Assembly: GCA_036172245.1 (NCBI GenBank)
Contig: JAYWIR010000129.1
Coordinates: forward strand, 61,850 to 81,849
Direction: 5' to 3'
DNA: 20,000 nucleotides
Origin: Raillietiella orientalis
Taxonomy: Eukaryota
Numbering within the stretch: position 1 is the stretch's first letter; the number at the start of each line of letters is the position of its first letter. Both the position numbers and the translations under genes were made by a program. Shown here piece after piece: positions 18,511-20,000 of the stretch. The notes under the pieces are model-generated. The model was not told the DNA's origin. It made no database searches and was given only the letters and a program-made list of their open reading frames with translations.

Positions 18511-20000
18511 ATGGGTGGGCTCGCCTGCTGCCGTCGCTTGCGAATTACTTGTTGGAACGTCAACGGGTTGAGCAGCGACGGCAAGAGGCGAGACGCTGTG
18601 GAGGAACGGAACAGATCACTCCTGCGGAGTGGCCTTTTTGCTGAAGCCGTCCGTCGAAAACTCACTGCGTAGTGCACGGTTCGACGGGGACGGTCGAGTT
18701 GGGCAGCTTGTTCTCAAGTGGTCCGACTCGATCGACCTCGTGGTCATGAACCTGTACGCTCCGGTGGGCAGCCACAGGGCCGAGGAACGCACTGCGTTCT
18801 TCGAATCCCTGCGGCGAGACTGGTTGGCCGAAGCAGGCGTGCGAAGGGCGCACCTCATTGCGGGCGATTTCAATCTCCGCCTGCTGGCAGGTGCGCCCAA
18901 CCGACGAGCACAGCTGGTCAACGAGTTGTGCGCAGCAATGAATGCGCGCAACTTGTTGGCCGGTGATGCCGGGAGAGATCGGAACATCGACCACATGTTC
19001 CTCGACAACCACCTGTGCACGCGGGTGGGAACTCGAGGAACGCTCCCGGCAGAGCTGTCCGACCATCCACGGCTCGTGCTCGAGTTACATCCGCGCAATA
19101 AGGGCCCTCCCCTGAAAACATGGCGCCTGCCAGGGGATTGGTTGCGCCTCGAAGGAGCGGCGGAACATCTACGCTCCTTCCTGCGAGGATTCCAGCTTCA
19201 GACGCTCGCGGACTGGGACGAAATGAAGTGCTCAGTCCGCGAGTTTTGCGACCAGTTTCCCCTGGAACGTCTTCCGCCGGGCTTCGGCGATGGGGTCAGG
19301 AACGAGCGGGCCTACCTTCAGGCCCGCCGGTATTCCAGGCGTCCCGACGTCCGTCGCTTGGCGGAATTCGAAGCTGAGGCGGAGAGGCAGGCCTGGCAGT
19401 CAGGCTCGGCCTGCTTGCTGGACCATCAGGGCCAAGAACACTCCAGCCCAGCTCAGGTAAGCCGCATCGTGCGGGAGTTTTATTCCTCCTTCTACGCGCC
19501 GTTAACACCGGAGCGCCATTTAGCGCAGCGCCTGCTGCCGGATGGCCTCCCCGCGCTCAAGGAGGAGGATCGTTTCAGGTTGGCAGAACCGTTCACGATG
19601 GTGGAGGTCGTCTCCGCCATCAGCAGGCTGAAGAATAGGAAGGCACCAGGGGAGGACGGCCTGCCCGCGGAGTTTTACCATCGCTTCGCGCCAGAGCTGG
19701 CCCCCCTGGTGCTCAGGTTAAGTACGCTGATCCGCGAACACGGCGAAGTTCCCGCCTCGTTCCGGTCAGCAAAAGTATGTCTCCTGCCGAAGTCAGGAGA
19801 CTTACGCAACATTGGCAACTGGCGTCCCATCACAGTGGTGAATGCGGACGCAAAGTGCATGCCAAGTTGTGGGCTGAGCGTTTGGGGCGGGTGGCCGCTT
19901 CCGTGATCAGTCGGGAGCAGACCTACGCTGTTCCCGGACGAAGCATGGAGTCAAACCTGCTCCTCGCCAGCACATGGTGGCAGTTGCGACAACGCGTTGC
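18511..20000 (+). pseudogene. E6 ORF2 (APE + start of RT); ~104-nt deletion near 18605 and frameshift near 19857
   Basis: MGGLACCRRLRITCWNVNGL, LQE segment missing, then NLYAP, AGDFN, NIDH, LSDH, KAPGEDG, NWRPITVVN, EQTYAVPGRS. Confidence 0.9.

Larger units (their letters stand above)
16665..20000 (+). mobile_element. E6: family C element running off the right edge
   Basis: gagtggacgtgtttttt start, ORF1, APE and start of RT. Confidence 0.92.

Overview
The whole 20 kb is eukaryotic non-LTR retrotransposon sequence (L1/Tx1-like, two ORFs), with no host gene visible. I resolve seven element pieces from at least three divergent families. E1 (1-~3220, 3' half), E2 (~3230-8893, full length) and E3 (~8907-11277, cut inside the endonuclease) are family A. 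E4 (~11279-14997) is family B, cut inside RT. X (~14998-15447) is a minus-strand 3'-end fragment. E5 (~15449-16664, cut inside ORF1) and E6 (~16665->20000) are family C. ORF1 is gag-like with two CCHC knuckles; ORF2 is APE endonuclease + RT + C-terminal Cys/His motif. Nearly all copies carry stops, frameshifts or truncation. Notable features: elements abut head-to-tail or nest in one another with no spacer DNA; all five visible 5' ends are intact and start with GGAYGTG+T-tract; 3' ends lack poly(A) and carry a covarying multi-hairpin structure; the ORF1/ORF2 junction looks like a TAATG stop-start overlap; and in all three families the endonuclease keeps its catalytic residues but lacks about 19 aa where human L1 has its target-recognition hairpin. 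Family and clade calls come from manual motif reading, not database searches.
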